Program-made: the position numbers and the translations under genes | Notes under the pieces: generated by a model | What the model saw: only the letters and a program-made list of their open reading frames with translations | The model's database searches: none | Told to the model about the DNA's origin: nothing | Shown: piece by piece, positions 34,081 to 41,606 of the stretch | Layout: each line of letters starts with the position of its first letter | Numbering within the stretch: position 1 is the stretch's first letter | NCBI GenBank assembly: GCA_045644905.1 | Contig: JAZRHT010000161.1 | Span: forward strand, 1 to 45,110 | Reading direction: 5' to 3' | DNA from: Oscillospiraceae bacterium | GTDB lineage: Bacteria > Bacillota > Clostridia > Oscillospirales > Ruminococcaceae | Length of the DNA stretch: 45,110 bases

Positions 34081-34893
34081 TTATTTTAAAATCTGCGGTT
34101 TTGTGCATGGTAAGTAGGTGTCCTTATTCCAACGGTGGGTTCTCTCGACTGCCTTGTCAGGAACCATAAACATTTTTACTTTATCATTTTCGTAGAAAAG
34201 TCCGCCGTATAGCCCGTCAACATGGTACATATCCTCGCCGTATTTTACGTGAAGCCAGGTGTGTTCTCCCCACACCTTCGTCCAGTAGGAATAGCGCTCG
34301 CCCTCTATATAGAAGCACTCAAATCCGAGTTCTTCCAAAAGAACCTTTTGTGCGGCTGCATAATGCTCGCAGGAGCCTTTCCTATATCTAAAAAAGTAGT
34401 TTGCTAATTCGCAAGTGAGCTGTTCGGTGTAGCCGTTTGAAAGGTCAACCTTGGTGGTGCGATATTTGAAATTGGGATAAAGCCAGAGGTAAGTTGCCTT
34501 GGCTTTTTCGATATCGGTCATCTTATCGTTGGTTATCTTTTTGATGATTTCCTGCGCTTTTTTGGAGTTTTCCGATTTTAGCTCGTCCAAGGTGCGCTCG
34601 GGTGTTGTTGAAACGGGAACTTTGCTTGTAACTGAGGGATTGCTCGAAATTGAACCGAGGCTTGACGAGGGATTTAAGCCCTCAGTCCTACTGCTCACTT
34701 GAGATTCCGTTTTAGAAATCTCGCTTGAAACAGCAACCTCACTGCTTTCGGACTCAATGGCACTTGATTCTATTTTGGTAATTTCAGAAGATGTGTTTAG
34801 TAAGTCGCTGTTTTGGGGCAGTTTTTCGCCCTTGCAGGAAGATGCAAGCAGAAAAACACACAGCAAAACTGCCGCCAAGGAAAACTTTTTCAT
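34081..34893 (-). CDS. Lipoprotein with a Ser-rich linker and a transglutaminase-like (Cys-His-Asp) domain
   Basis: Signal peptide plus lipobox LLASSC, then a Ser/Glu-rich linker. The core has GSCEHYAAAQ (Cys), GEHTWLHV (His) and YHVDG (Asp). Confidence 0.75.
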   Translation of the reverse strand: MKKFSLAAVLLCVFLLASSCKGEKLPQNSDLLNTSSEITKIESSAIESESSEVAVSSEISKTESQVSSRTEGLNPSSSLGSISSNPSVTSKVPVSTTPERTLDELKSENSKKAQEIIKKITNDKMTDIEKAKATYLWLYPNFKYRTTKVDLSNGYTEQLTCELANYFFRYRKGSCEHYAAAQKVLLEELGFECFYIEGERYSYWTKVWGEHTWLHVKYGEDMYHVDGLYGGLFYENDKVKMFMVPDKAVERTHRWNKDTYLPCTKPQILK

Positions 34894-34927
34894 TGTGTCC
34901 TCCCTTTTACCGCTTTACTGGTAAAAG

Positions 34928-35590
34928 TTATTTTAAAATCTGCGGATTTGTGCAGGCGGGATATTTTGTTTTATCCCAACGGTGAGTTGACTCAATAGCA
35001 CTATCGGGAACGCAGAACATACTTGAAAGGGCGGCGGTGTGGTTTCCGCCGAAAAGTCCGTCAACATGATACCAGTTGCCACCGACATTCATCATAACCC
35101 AAACGTGCTCGCCCCAAACGCCGGCGCCTCTATCGTATCTTTCGCCCTCAACGTAACGAACCTCGAAGCCGAGCTCCTCTAAAAGAACCTTTTGTGCGGC
35201 TGCATAATGCTCGCAGGAGCCCTTGTGGTATCTAAAATAGTAGTCGGCGAGCTCAAGTGTGAGCCCATCTGTGTAACCATTTGAAAGGTCAACAGTCATA
35301 GCACGGTACTTGAAATGGAAGAAAAGCCAATCATAAGAAAATTTTGCTTTTTCAACCTCGGTCATACTATTATTAACACCCTGCGAAAGAGCCTCACTTG
35401 CCTTCTGAGAAACCTTTTCTGCAAGGTCATCAGAAGAAGCTGCCTCACTCTCATTTTCCTTTGAAGCCACACTGCTGATTTGCGAAGATTCCAAAGGCTT
35501 TTGTGAGCTGCTTTCAACGTTATTATTGCCGCAAGAGGCAAGGCTCAGTGCAAAAACTAATGAGAGGGTTATAGCTAAAATCTTTTTCAT
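34928..35590 (-). CDS. Lipoprotein with a transglutaminase-like domain (tandem paralogue of 34081..34893)
   Basis: Lipobox SLASC. It has the same GSCEHYAAAQKVLLEELGFE...GEHVW...YHVDG core and the same C-terminal end (HRWxK..Y.(A/P)CTxPQILK). It shares a near-identical DNA stretch, aaccttttgtgcggctgcataatgctcgcaggagcc, with its paralogue. Confidence 0.75.
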   Translation of the reverse strand: MKKILAITLSLVFALSLASCGNNNVESSSQKPLESSQISSVASKENESEAASSDDLAEKVSQKASEALSQGVNNSMTEVEKAKFSYDWLFFHFKYRAMTVDLSNGYTDGLTLELADYYFRYHKGSCEHYAAAQKVLLEELGFEVRYVEGERYDRGAGVWGEHVWVMMNVGGNWYHVDGLFGGNHTAALSSMFCVPDSAIESTHRWDKTKYPACTNPQILK

Positions 35591-35626
35591 AGTTTCTCCT
35601 TAAAGCGAAAAAAAGCAAAGCGCATA

Positions 35627-36121
35627 TTACTGCGCAATGCTTATTCCGTATTCAACAACCTTATCCTCAAAGAGCATAAAGTACATAGTCTGCTCGTCCT
35701 TAACGGCATAGGTGATGCAGTCACCATCCTGAGTAAACTCGTTTCCGTAGAGAGCGATTACGTCATCCTTAGTCATACCGATATAAATCTTGCCGTCAGC
35801 CTGCTTAATATTTTCGGAGGTGACGATAACTTCGAGAACGAAATCCTTATCTTCAACGGGATAGGTGTAGATGCAGAAGCCTGCGTCCTTGTAATCGTAA
35901 ATCTTGTCAAGTCCGTTATAAGCGCAACTGATGGACTGAGAATATTCATGCTCATAATCCTTAAAAGCATCAAGCACCTTAGACATCTCGACTCCGCAAG
36001 CAAGCTCAACGTTATCGATTTTAATTGTTTGCAGTTTTTTAACCTTACCAGAGCAGGAAGTCATACAAAAAATTGCTGCTAAAGATACGATTATTAAAGC
36101 GATGGAAAGAGTTTTTTTCAT
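35627..36121 (-). CDS. Hypothetical lipoprotein (165 aa)
   Basis: The start is trimmed to ATG 36121 (MKKTLSIALIIVSLAAIFCMTSC, lipobox MTSC), with GGAGG 8 nt upstream. I recognise no family. Confidence 0.6.
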   Translation of the reverse strand: MKKTLSIALIIVSLAAIFCMTSCSGKVKKLQTIKIDNVELACGVEMSKVLDAFKDYEHEYSQSISCAYNGLDKIYDYKDAGFCIYTYPVEDKDFVLEVIVTSENIKQADGKIYIGMTKDDVIALYGNEFTQDGDCITYAVKDEQTMYFMLFEDKVVEYGISIAQ

Positions 36122-36217
36122 TTCAAAAATCCTCCGTTTTTTATTTAAAAAATAATGTTTAATCCAATATTTTATTTTACTATATTCCTTTAAAGAAATC
36201 AACAGAAATTCGCATTT

Positions 36218-36865
36218 TTAACGGAATATTTCGCCATTTTCCGCAAAAATTTGTGTACGCAGAATAAAGGCGCCGTCAACGCTTACATTCTGCTCGTTTG
36301 CAAACACAGAAAGCAGCATCTGGGGGTTTAAAGTGTTTGTATTTCCCGAGGCAAGTCTGAGGCTTAAATCAAGATCACGGCCACTTTCAGAAACCTCAAA
36401 ATCATATATCCAAGACTTGACGTTAACTGTCTTCTCCCCTGCCTTACCTTTCTTTACCATAAGTATCTCATCACGGGAAAGAAAATCTATCATTTCATCC
36501 TTTTTCTTTGACAAGGAATAAACCTTTACAGAGTAATTTGACGAAGCAATCACATTAGCCTTCATTCCAACATCCTTAACGTCTGTAACAGTTACTCCAA
36601 CAGGCAAAACCGCATTAAGCCGCTCTTTTACGCCCTCTAAGGATATTTCATCAACAAGACGCATATCAACGCTTTCGCAGTCACTCTCTATTCCAAGCGA
36701 GAGCGGAAGCGCAAAGGTCATGTAAAGGTGGGGGTGAAAGCCTTCCGTATACCACATTGTGATACCACTGCGGCGAACGGCTCTTTGGAAAAGCCTTGTC
36801 ATATCAAGATGGGAGATATATTTTGCTCGGTCACGCTTTGAAAAGAAAATTCTAATATTACGCAC
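36218..36865 (-). CDS. Radical-SAM-associated protein (DUF2344 / TIGR03936-type)
   Basis: IFFSKRDRAKYISHLDMTRLFQRAVRRSGI...YTEGFHPH matches this family from memory. The start is set to GTG 36865, with AGGGAGG 8 nt upstream. It overlaps the radical SAM gene stop by 8 nt. Confidence 0.7.
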   Translation of the reverse strand: MRNIRIFFSKRDRAKYISHLDMTRLFQRAVRRSGITMWYTEGFHPHLYMTFALPLSLGIESDCESVDMRLVDEISLEGVKERLNAVLPVGVTVTDVKDVGMKANVIASSNYSVKVYSLSKKKDEMIDFLSRDEILMVKKGKAGEKTVNVKSWIYDFEVSESGRDLDLSLRLASGNTNTLNPQMLLSVFANEQNVSVDGAFILRTQIFAENGEIFR

Positions 36866-38717
36866 GGCAAGCCCCTCCCTCAAATTTATTTGCTCCGCAT
36901 CCGCTACAAGAGTTTCTGCAATGCGGTGTTGTCTGAGCCTCGTAGGCTTTTTTACATTCTTTTTCTAAGAATTTCTGCGAAACTCCGAAATCGATATGCG
37001 ACCAAGGAAGAATTTCCTCAAACGAGCGATGCCTTCCCTGATAAAATTCGATATTAAGACCGCATTTTTCGAATGCATTCTGCCATTTTTCAAAATCGAA
37101 GCCCTCGCTCCAGCTATCAAAAATGCTACCGCTCTTGTATGCCTCGTAAATAACCTGCGAGAGTCTTCTATCGCCTCTTGCAAATGCGCCCTCTAAGATA
37201 CTTGTATTGCTTGCGTGGTAATTAAGGGTGATTTTCTTGCTTCGAGGAGTTGATTTTAAAAGCTCGTGCTTCTCTATAACGGTTTCAAGCGAGTTTTGCG
37301 CTTCCCACTGGAAAGGGGTGTGAGGCTTGGGAACAAAGGTTGCAACGCTAACAGTTACGGTAACACCGCCTTTGGGGCGATTTTCTAAGCTATAAAAGAG
37401 GTCTACAACGCTTTGGGCAGTTTTAATGATACCCTCGATATCCTCATTTGTTTCGGTGGGAAGTCCGATCATAAAATAAAGCTTTATGTTGGTGTAGCCG
37501 CCCTCAAATGCGATGCGGCAGGTGTTTTGTAATTCCTCGGCGGTAACGTTTTTATTTATTACGTCACGAAGGCGCTGTGTACCTGCTTCGGGAGCAAAGG
37601 TAAGTCCGCTTTTGCGAATACCACTAATTCCGTCAAGAACCTCTTTAGAGAAGTTGTCCACTCTAAGCGAAGGCAGAGAAAGGCTGATTTTTTCCTTATC
37701 CGACCACTTTGTGAGTTCAGAGAGAAGATGTTCTATCTGTGTATGGTCGCTTGTAGATAGCGAGCAGAGGGAAATTTCGTCATAACCAGTATTATCACAA
37801 AGGTCGCGAGCCTGCTTACAAAGGGTGTCAACAGTCTTTTCTCTGAAGGGTCTGTAAATAAAGCCAGCCTGACAGAAGCGACAGCCTCGAATACAGCCGC
37901 GGAGCACCTCTAAAACCGCTCTATCGTGAACAGTTTCGATATAAGGCACAACAAACTTATCGGGATAAGGAGTTTTATCAAAATCCTTTACTACCCTTTT
38001 TGTAATTTTAGCGGCGACATTTTCGTTATTGGGAGCAATTTCTTTAATTGTTCCGTCCTCGTTGTAGGAAACATCATAAAAAGACGGGACGTAGATACCA
38101 TCGATTTTAGCGGCATCCATTAAAAATTCCTCTTTACTGCTTCCCTTCTTTTTATGCTCTGCATAAAGGTCACAGATTTCAACAATAGCATCCTCGCCAT
38201 CGCCAAGCACAAAAAGATCAAAGAAATCGGCAACGGGTTCGGGATTGCAGACGCAGGGACCACCACCGATAACGAGGTTTTTAAGCTCTTTTCTGTCTTT
38301 GGAAAATACAGGGATTCCTGCGAGCTCGAGCATATATAAAACATTGGTATAGCTCATTTCGTACTGCAAAGTAAAGCCGATAATATCAAATTCATTAACA
38401 GGGTCAAGGCTCTCTAATGCGTAGAGAGGGATATTTTCTTTCTGCATTTTTTCCTTCATATCAAACCAAGGCGCAAAAACTCTCTCGCACCAAACGTTAG
38501 GGCGAGAATTTAAGATGTGATAAAGGATTTTTATGCCAAGGTGCGACATTCCGATTTCATAGGTATCGGGGAAGCAAAAGGCAAAACGAACATCAACCTT
38601 CTTAGGATTTTTAATAACGCTATTTAATTCGCCGCCTATATATCTTGCAGGTTTTTGAATCTGCATTAAGAACTTTTCAAGTTTTTTCTTAACGTTCATT
38701 TTTTCACGACCCATCAT
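36858..38717 (-). CDS. B12-binding-domain radical SAM protein (TIGR03960-type)
   Basis: N-terminal KPARYIGGELN and the radical SAM cluster motif CIRGCRFCQAG (CX3CX2C). The start is either ATG 38717 or ATG 38699, and neither has a strong RBS. Confidence 0.8.
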   Translation of the reverse strand: MMGREKMNVKKKLEKFLMQIQKPARYIGGELNSVIKNPKKVDVRFAFCFPDTYEIGMSHLGIKILYHILNSRPNVWCERVFAPWFDMKEKMQKENIPLYALESLDPVNEFDIIGFTLQYEMSYTNVLYMLELAGIPVFSKDRKELKNLVIGGGPCVCNPEPVADFFDLFVLGDGEDAIVEICDLYAEHKKKGSSKEEFLMDAAKIDGIYVPSFYDVSYNEDGTIKEIAPNNENVAAKITKRVVKDFDKTPYPDKFVVPYIETVHDRAVLEVLRGCIRGCRFCQAGFIYRPFREKTVDTLCKQARDLCDNTGYDEISLCSLSTSDHTQIEHLLSELTKWSDKEKISLSLPSLRVDNFSKEVLDGISGIRKSGLTFAPEAGTQRLRDVINKNVTAEELQNTCRIAFEGGYTNIKLYFMIGLPTETNEDIEGIIKTAQSVVDLFYSLENRPKGGVTVTVSVATFVPKPHTPFQWEAQNSLETVIEKHELLKSTPRSKKITLNYHASNTSILEGAFARGDRRLSQVIYEAYKSGSIFDSWSEGFDFEKWQNAFEKCGLNIEFYQGRHRSFEEILPWSHIDFGVSQKFLEKECKKAYEAQTTPHCRNSCSGCGANKFEGGACRA

Positions 38718-38754
38718 TTAATCTTAATCAATTTATTATACCACAACAAATATC

Positions 38755-39360
38755 TTATTTCAACTTTTTTTGACGGACAATTACCATAATAAACAGATAA
38801 ATTGCGGTTATTATAAGGCTAATATTGTACTTTGTTTTTACAAGGATAAAAAAGCCTAATACAAACAGTAAGAAAGCAAAAATAATTGACACAATATCGC
38901 AGAAAATTTCAGTTTTTCGTGTATCTATTTTTAGAGAGAGAATTTCATTTAATATTCTGCCGCCGTCGAGTGTACCTGATGGGAGCAGATTAAACATGGC
39001 GGTTATGAGATGTATTAGTGCATAGTAAGAAATTTTGTCACCTATTTTCCAAAACAAGAAGAAGCAGAGAAAATTTACTATACAGCCTCCGAGCAAAACT
39101 ATCATTTTCTTTTTAAAGCCGACAAGCTCAAGTGAGGTTTTGAGCTTCATTCTTATTCCAAATGGCTTGAAGGCAAGCTCTTTAATGGAAATTTTGCAAA
39201 GAATGGTTGCAATTATATGCCCACTTTCGTGAAGAATTGCCGAGAAAAAAGCCGCTAAAAATATTCCGCTTTCATCAAAATATGAAAAAAGAGCCAGCAT
39301 AGCTATAAGCAGAAAGCTTATTTCTATTCTGACTCCTAAAAGTTTAAAACTCAATGCCAT
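38755..39360 (-). CDS. Site-2 protease-family (M50) intramembrane metalloprotease, short SpoIVFB-like form
   Basis: HESGH (HExxH) lies in a TM helix, and NLLPSGTLDGG supplies the NxxPxxxxDG motif. It is 201 aa and has no CBS/PDZ domain. Confidence 0.75.
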   Translation of the reverse strand: MALSFKLLGVRIEISFLLIAMLALFSYFDESGIFLAAFFSAILHESGHIIATILCKISIKELAFKPFGIRMKLKTSLELVGFKKKMIVLLGGCIVNFLCFFLFWKIGDKISYYALIHLITAMFNLLPSGTLDGGRILNEILSLKIDTRKTEIFCDIVSIIFAFLLFVLGFFILVKTKYNISLIITAIYLFIMVIVRQKKLK

Positions 39361-39892
39361 CTATTCCTTTTAAAACATAGGCAGGATCAACTCTTGTGCC
39401 CTCTATGCGTATTTCAAAATGCAGGTGCGGTCCCGTTGAGTAGCCTGTACTTCCCATATGTCCGATAACTTCGCCGCGCCTTATATTCATTCCTTTTCGC
39501 ACGTTGAGACTGTCACAGTGTCCGTAAAAGGTGTATAGATTATCAGAGTGTCGCATTAAAATATAGTTTCCGTAAGCCTCATTTGTGCCACAGTCGTATA
39601 TACTACCACTAAATGCGGCAGAAATGGGTGTTCCCTTTTTATTGGCGATGTCAATTCCCGTGTGAAAACCTGGTTTTTGGGTTATAGGGTGAATGCGCTG
39701 ACCAAACTGCGAGGTTACCGTTCCTTTGCACACGGCAGTTATGGGAGAGGACAAAATGTAAGCGTTTTGTGTGACATTTTGAGGCAGAATAGTATCTTCA
39801 CCTCCCGCTCCATTATTAAAGAAAAACGGCAAAATAGCAATTATAAAGCTTATAGTGCAGCAGAAGGAAATCAATGTTTTTTGAAAAAGCAT
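39344..39892 (-). CDS. M23-family (LytM-type) metallopeptidase with an N-terminal membrane anchor
   Basis: HTGIDIA and GSTGYSTGPHLHFEI motifs after an N-terminal hydrophobic segment. It overlaps the downstream M50 gene by 17 nt. Confidence 0.85.
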   Translation of the reverse strand: MLFQKTLISFCCTISFIIAILPFFFNNGAGGEDTILPQNVTQNAYILSSPITAVCKGTVTSQFGQRIHPITQKPGFHTGIDIANKKGTPISAAFSGSIYDCGTNEAYGNYILMRHSDNLYTFYGHCDSLNVRKGMNIRRGEVIGHMGSTGYSTGPHLHFEIRIEGTRVDPAYVLKGIDGIEF

Positions 39893-39894
39893 TT

Positions 39895-40173
39895 TTAGAA
39901 AAATCTCCTTTTCTTTTTATTGCGGCGCGGCTCGCAGCCGCAGCATTTCTTGACTAAAATGGTGTCCTCACCAACAAGCTCTATGTCCTCCCATCTTATA
40001 ATTATATCGTCCTCTCTGCCAAGCAGCCCTAAAAATTTAAGGCGTCCGAATATTACAAGGGAGCAAAGCTTTTGTTCGCAGGTGTCAATTTCCGCATCAC
40101 ATACTCTGCCAAGGCTCTGCCCGTCGCTTAAGCAAATTACATCCTTTTCCATAAGATCGGTTATTCTGCACAT
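39895..40173 (-). CDS. YlmC/YmxH-family sporulation protein (PRC-barrel)
   Basis: 92 aa. ITDLMEKDVICLSDGQSLGRVCDAEID...IIIRWEDIELVGEDTILV is typical of the family. Confidence 0.8.
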   Translation of the reverse strand: MCRITDLMEKDVICLSDGQSLGRVCDAEIDTCEQKLCSLVIFGRLKFLGLLGREDDIIIRWEDIELVGEDTILVKKCCGCEPRRNKKKRRFF

Positions 40174-40233
40174 CCCTCTCGCCCCTTTCTTTAAATTTTA
40201 TTTAGAAAAATGGGAAAATATGATACAAAATGC

Positions 40234-40262
40234 TTGAAAGTAAGAAATAGGTGTGCTATAAT
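40234..40262 (+). promoter_or_regulatory. Sigma-A-type promoter with extended -10, driving the riboswitch leader
   Basis: TTGAAA (40234-40239), 17 nt, TGcTATAAT (-10 at 40257-40262). Confidence 0.7.
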
Positions 40263-40284
40263 TTACCCGACACAATCGAATAAA

Positions 40285-40540
40285 ACACGAATCGGCCTGT
40301 CTTTACAGTCTGCTCGGAGCGGCAAAACCGCTTTGGGTGATAAGGGAAGCGCGGTGTGAGTCCGCCACAACAGCCATTGCCGTATCAGAGGTTTCCTCTC
40401 AAGTCGGAATGCTTATCGTTTCGTGCATTGTAAACCGCTCCCGGGTAATTGGGGAGGTGGGGTTTATGCGGATATTTTATCTTCCGATTTGCTTTCACTT
40501 CTCTCGAGCCGCTCGGCTTGTGGGGAGTGTTTTATTTTTT
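40285..40540 (+). promoter_or_regulatory. Cobalamin (B12) riboswitch with a terminator expression platform
   Basis: The core GGTGATAAGGGAAGCGCGGTGTGAGTCCGCCACAACAGCC resembles the conserved AAGGGAA / GGTG-GA-TCC elements. AAGTCGGAATGCTTATC is B12-box-like, and its CTTATC pairs with the upstream GATAAG. A strong terminator follows at 40496-40540. The downstream genes are cobalamin-uptake-like. Confidence 0.65.
40496..40540 (+). terminator. Riboswitch-controlled intrinsic terminator
   Basis: Long stem cacttctctcgagcc / ggcttgtggggagtg with loop gctc, followed by TTTTATTTTTT. It lies 40 nt upstream of the ATG at 40580. Confidence 0.75.
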
Positions 40541-40579
40541 ATCCGAACGGTCGAAAATAAAGAAAGGAGAAGTTTTAAA

Positions 40580-41050
40580 ATGAAACTTCAAAACAAAACA
40601 AGACTGCTTTCTGTAATCTTCACCGTTATCGCCGTATTTTCGGTTTTCTCGGTGACAGCTTGCGGTCAAAAAGCCGAAAATACCCCCACATCTTCTGTCT
40701 CAGCTAAGGAAGACAAGCTTTGGGCAGAAGCAACCTACACTGAGGATAAAACCTTTGGTGAGGGCGCAAAAACCGTTACAGTAGAGGTTATTGCAGGCGA
40801 CAAGTCTGTAACCTTTACACTCAAAACCGACAAGGAAAACCTTGCCGATGCAATGCTTGAGCACAAACTTGTTGAGGGCGACAATGACCAGTACGGACTT
40901 TATATCAAAAAGGTCAACGGAATCCTTGCTGATTACAATATAGACCAGCATTATTGGGGACTTTCCAAGAATGGCGAAGCACTTATGACCGGTGCAAGCG
41001 GAGTTAAAATTTCAGACGGAGAAAAGTACGAATTTACTTATGCAAAATAA
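40580..41050 (+). CDS. Lipoprotein with a DUF4430-like (transcobalamin beta-domain-like) fold; candidate cobalamin-binding protein
   Basis: ATG 40580 has AAAGGAGA upstream. Lipobox VTAC. The C-terminal pattern YWGLSKNGEALMTGASGVKISDGEKYEFTY fits DUF4430 from memory. The track ORF start at 40337 reads through the riboswitch and I reject it. Confidence 0.7.
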   Translation: MKLQNKTRLLSVIFTVIAVFSVFSVTACGQKAENTPTSSVSAKEDKLWAEATYTEDKTFGEGAKTVTVEVIAGDKSVTFTLKTDKENLADAMLEHKLVEGDNDQYGLYIKKVNGILADYNIDQHYWGLSKNGEALMTGASGVKISDGEKYEFTYAK

Positions 41051-41567
41051 GAAAAGGCTGACTATTTTTGAAATGGCTCTGTTTGCAATGTATGGAGCGC
41101 TGATGGTTGCATCAAAATACGCCATGGAAATACTGCCAAACATACATTTACTCGGTATGTTTATCGTTTTATTCACATTTATCTATAGGCTTAAAGCACT
41201 TATCCCTATCTATATTTTCGTGGGTATAACGGGATTGATTGCGGGATTTGATATTTGGTGGTTTCCGTATACGTATATATGGGCAGTTCTATGGGCAATG
41301 GCTATGCTGATTCCAAAGAATATATCAAAGAAGGCTGCAATAATTGTTTTCCCCATTGTTTGCTCTCTTCACGGCTTTCTTTACGGAATTTTATATGCTC
41401 CCGTTCAAGCTTTCGCTTTCGGTTACAGCTTCGAGCAAACACTGTTGTGGCTCGCAAGCGGCATTCCCTTCGACGTCACTCACGGAATTTCAAATTTTGC
41501 TATGGGCTTTCTTGTTTATCCTCTCTCCGAGGTTATTAAAAAAGCTCACAAATACATTTATCGATAA
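41040..41567 (+). CDS. ECF-transporter S-component-like membrane protein (candidate cobalamin-specific)
   Basis: About 175 aa with 5-6 TM helices. It overlaps the preceding stop by 11 nt and has no adjacent EcfA/EcfT genes. The start is uncertain: ATG 41040, or the later ATG at MALFAMYG. Confidence 0.6.
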   Translation: MQNKKRLTIFEMALFAMYGALMVASKYAMEILPNIHLLGMFIVLFTFIYRLKALIPIYIFVGITGLIAGFDIWWFPYTYIWAVLWAMAMLIPKNISKKAAIIVFPIVCSLHGFLYGILYAPVQAFAFGYSFEQTLLWLASGIPFDVTHGISNFAMGFLVYPLSEVIKKAHKYIYR

Positions 41568-41606
41568 AAAAATCCGCGTATCAGAACGATACGCGGATTT
41601 TTATTT
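41566..41606. terminator. Bidirectional intrinsic terminator between convergent genes
   Basis: 12-bp perfect stem aatccgcgtatc (41571-41582) / gatacgcggatt (41588-41599), flanked by an A-run and a T-run. Confidence 0.85.

Noticed and set aside
40337-40579. 5' extension of the 237-aa track ORF upstream of the lipoprotein
   Set aside because: This stretch carries riboswitch core motifs and a strong terminator. The real start is ATG 40580, which has a good RBS and a signal peptide and lipobox directly after it.
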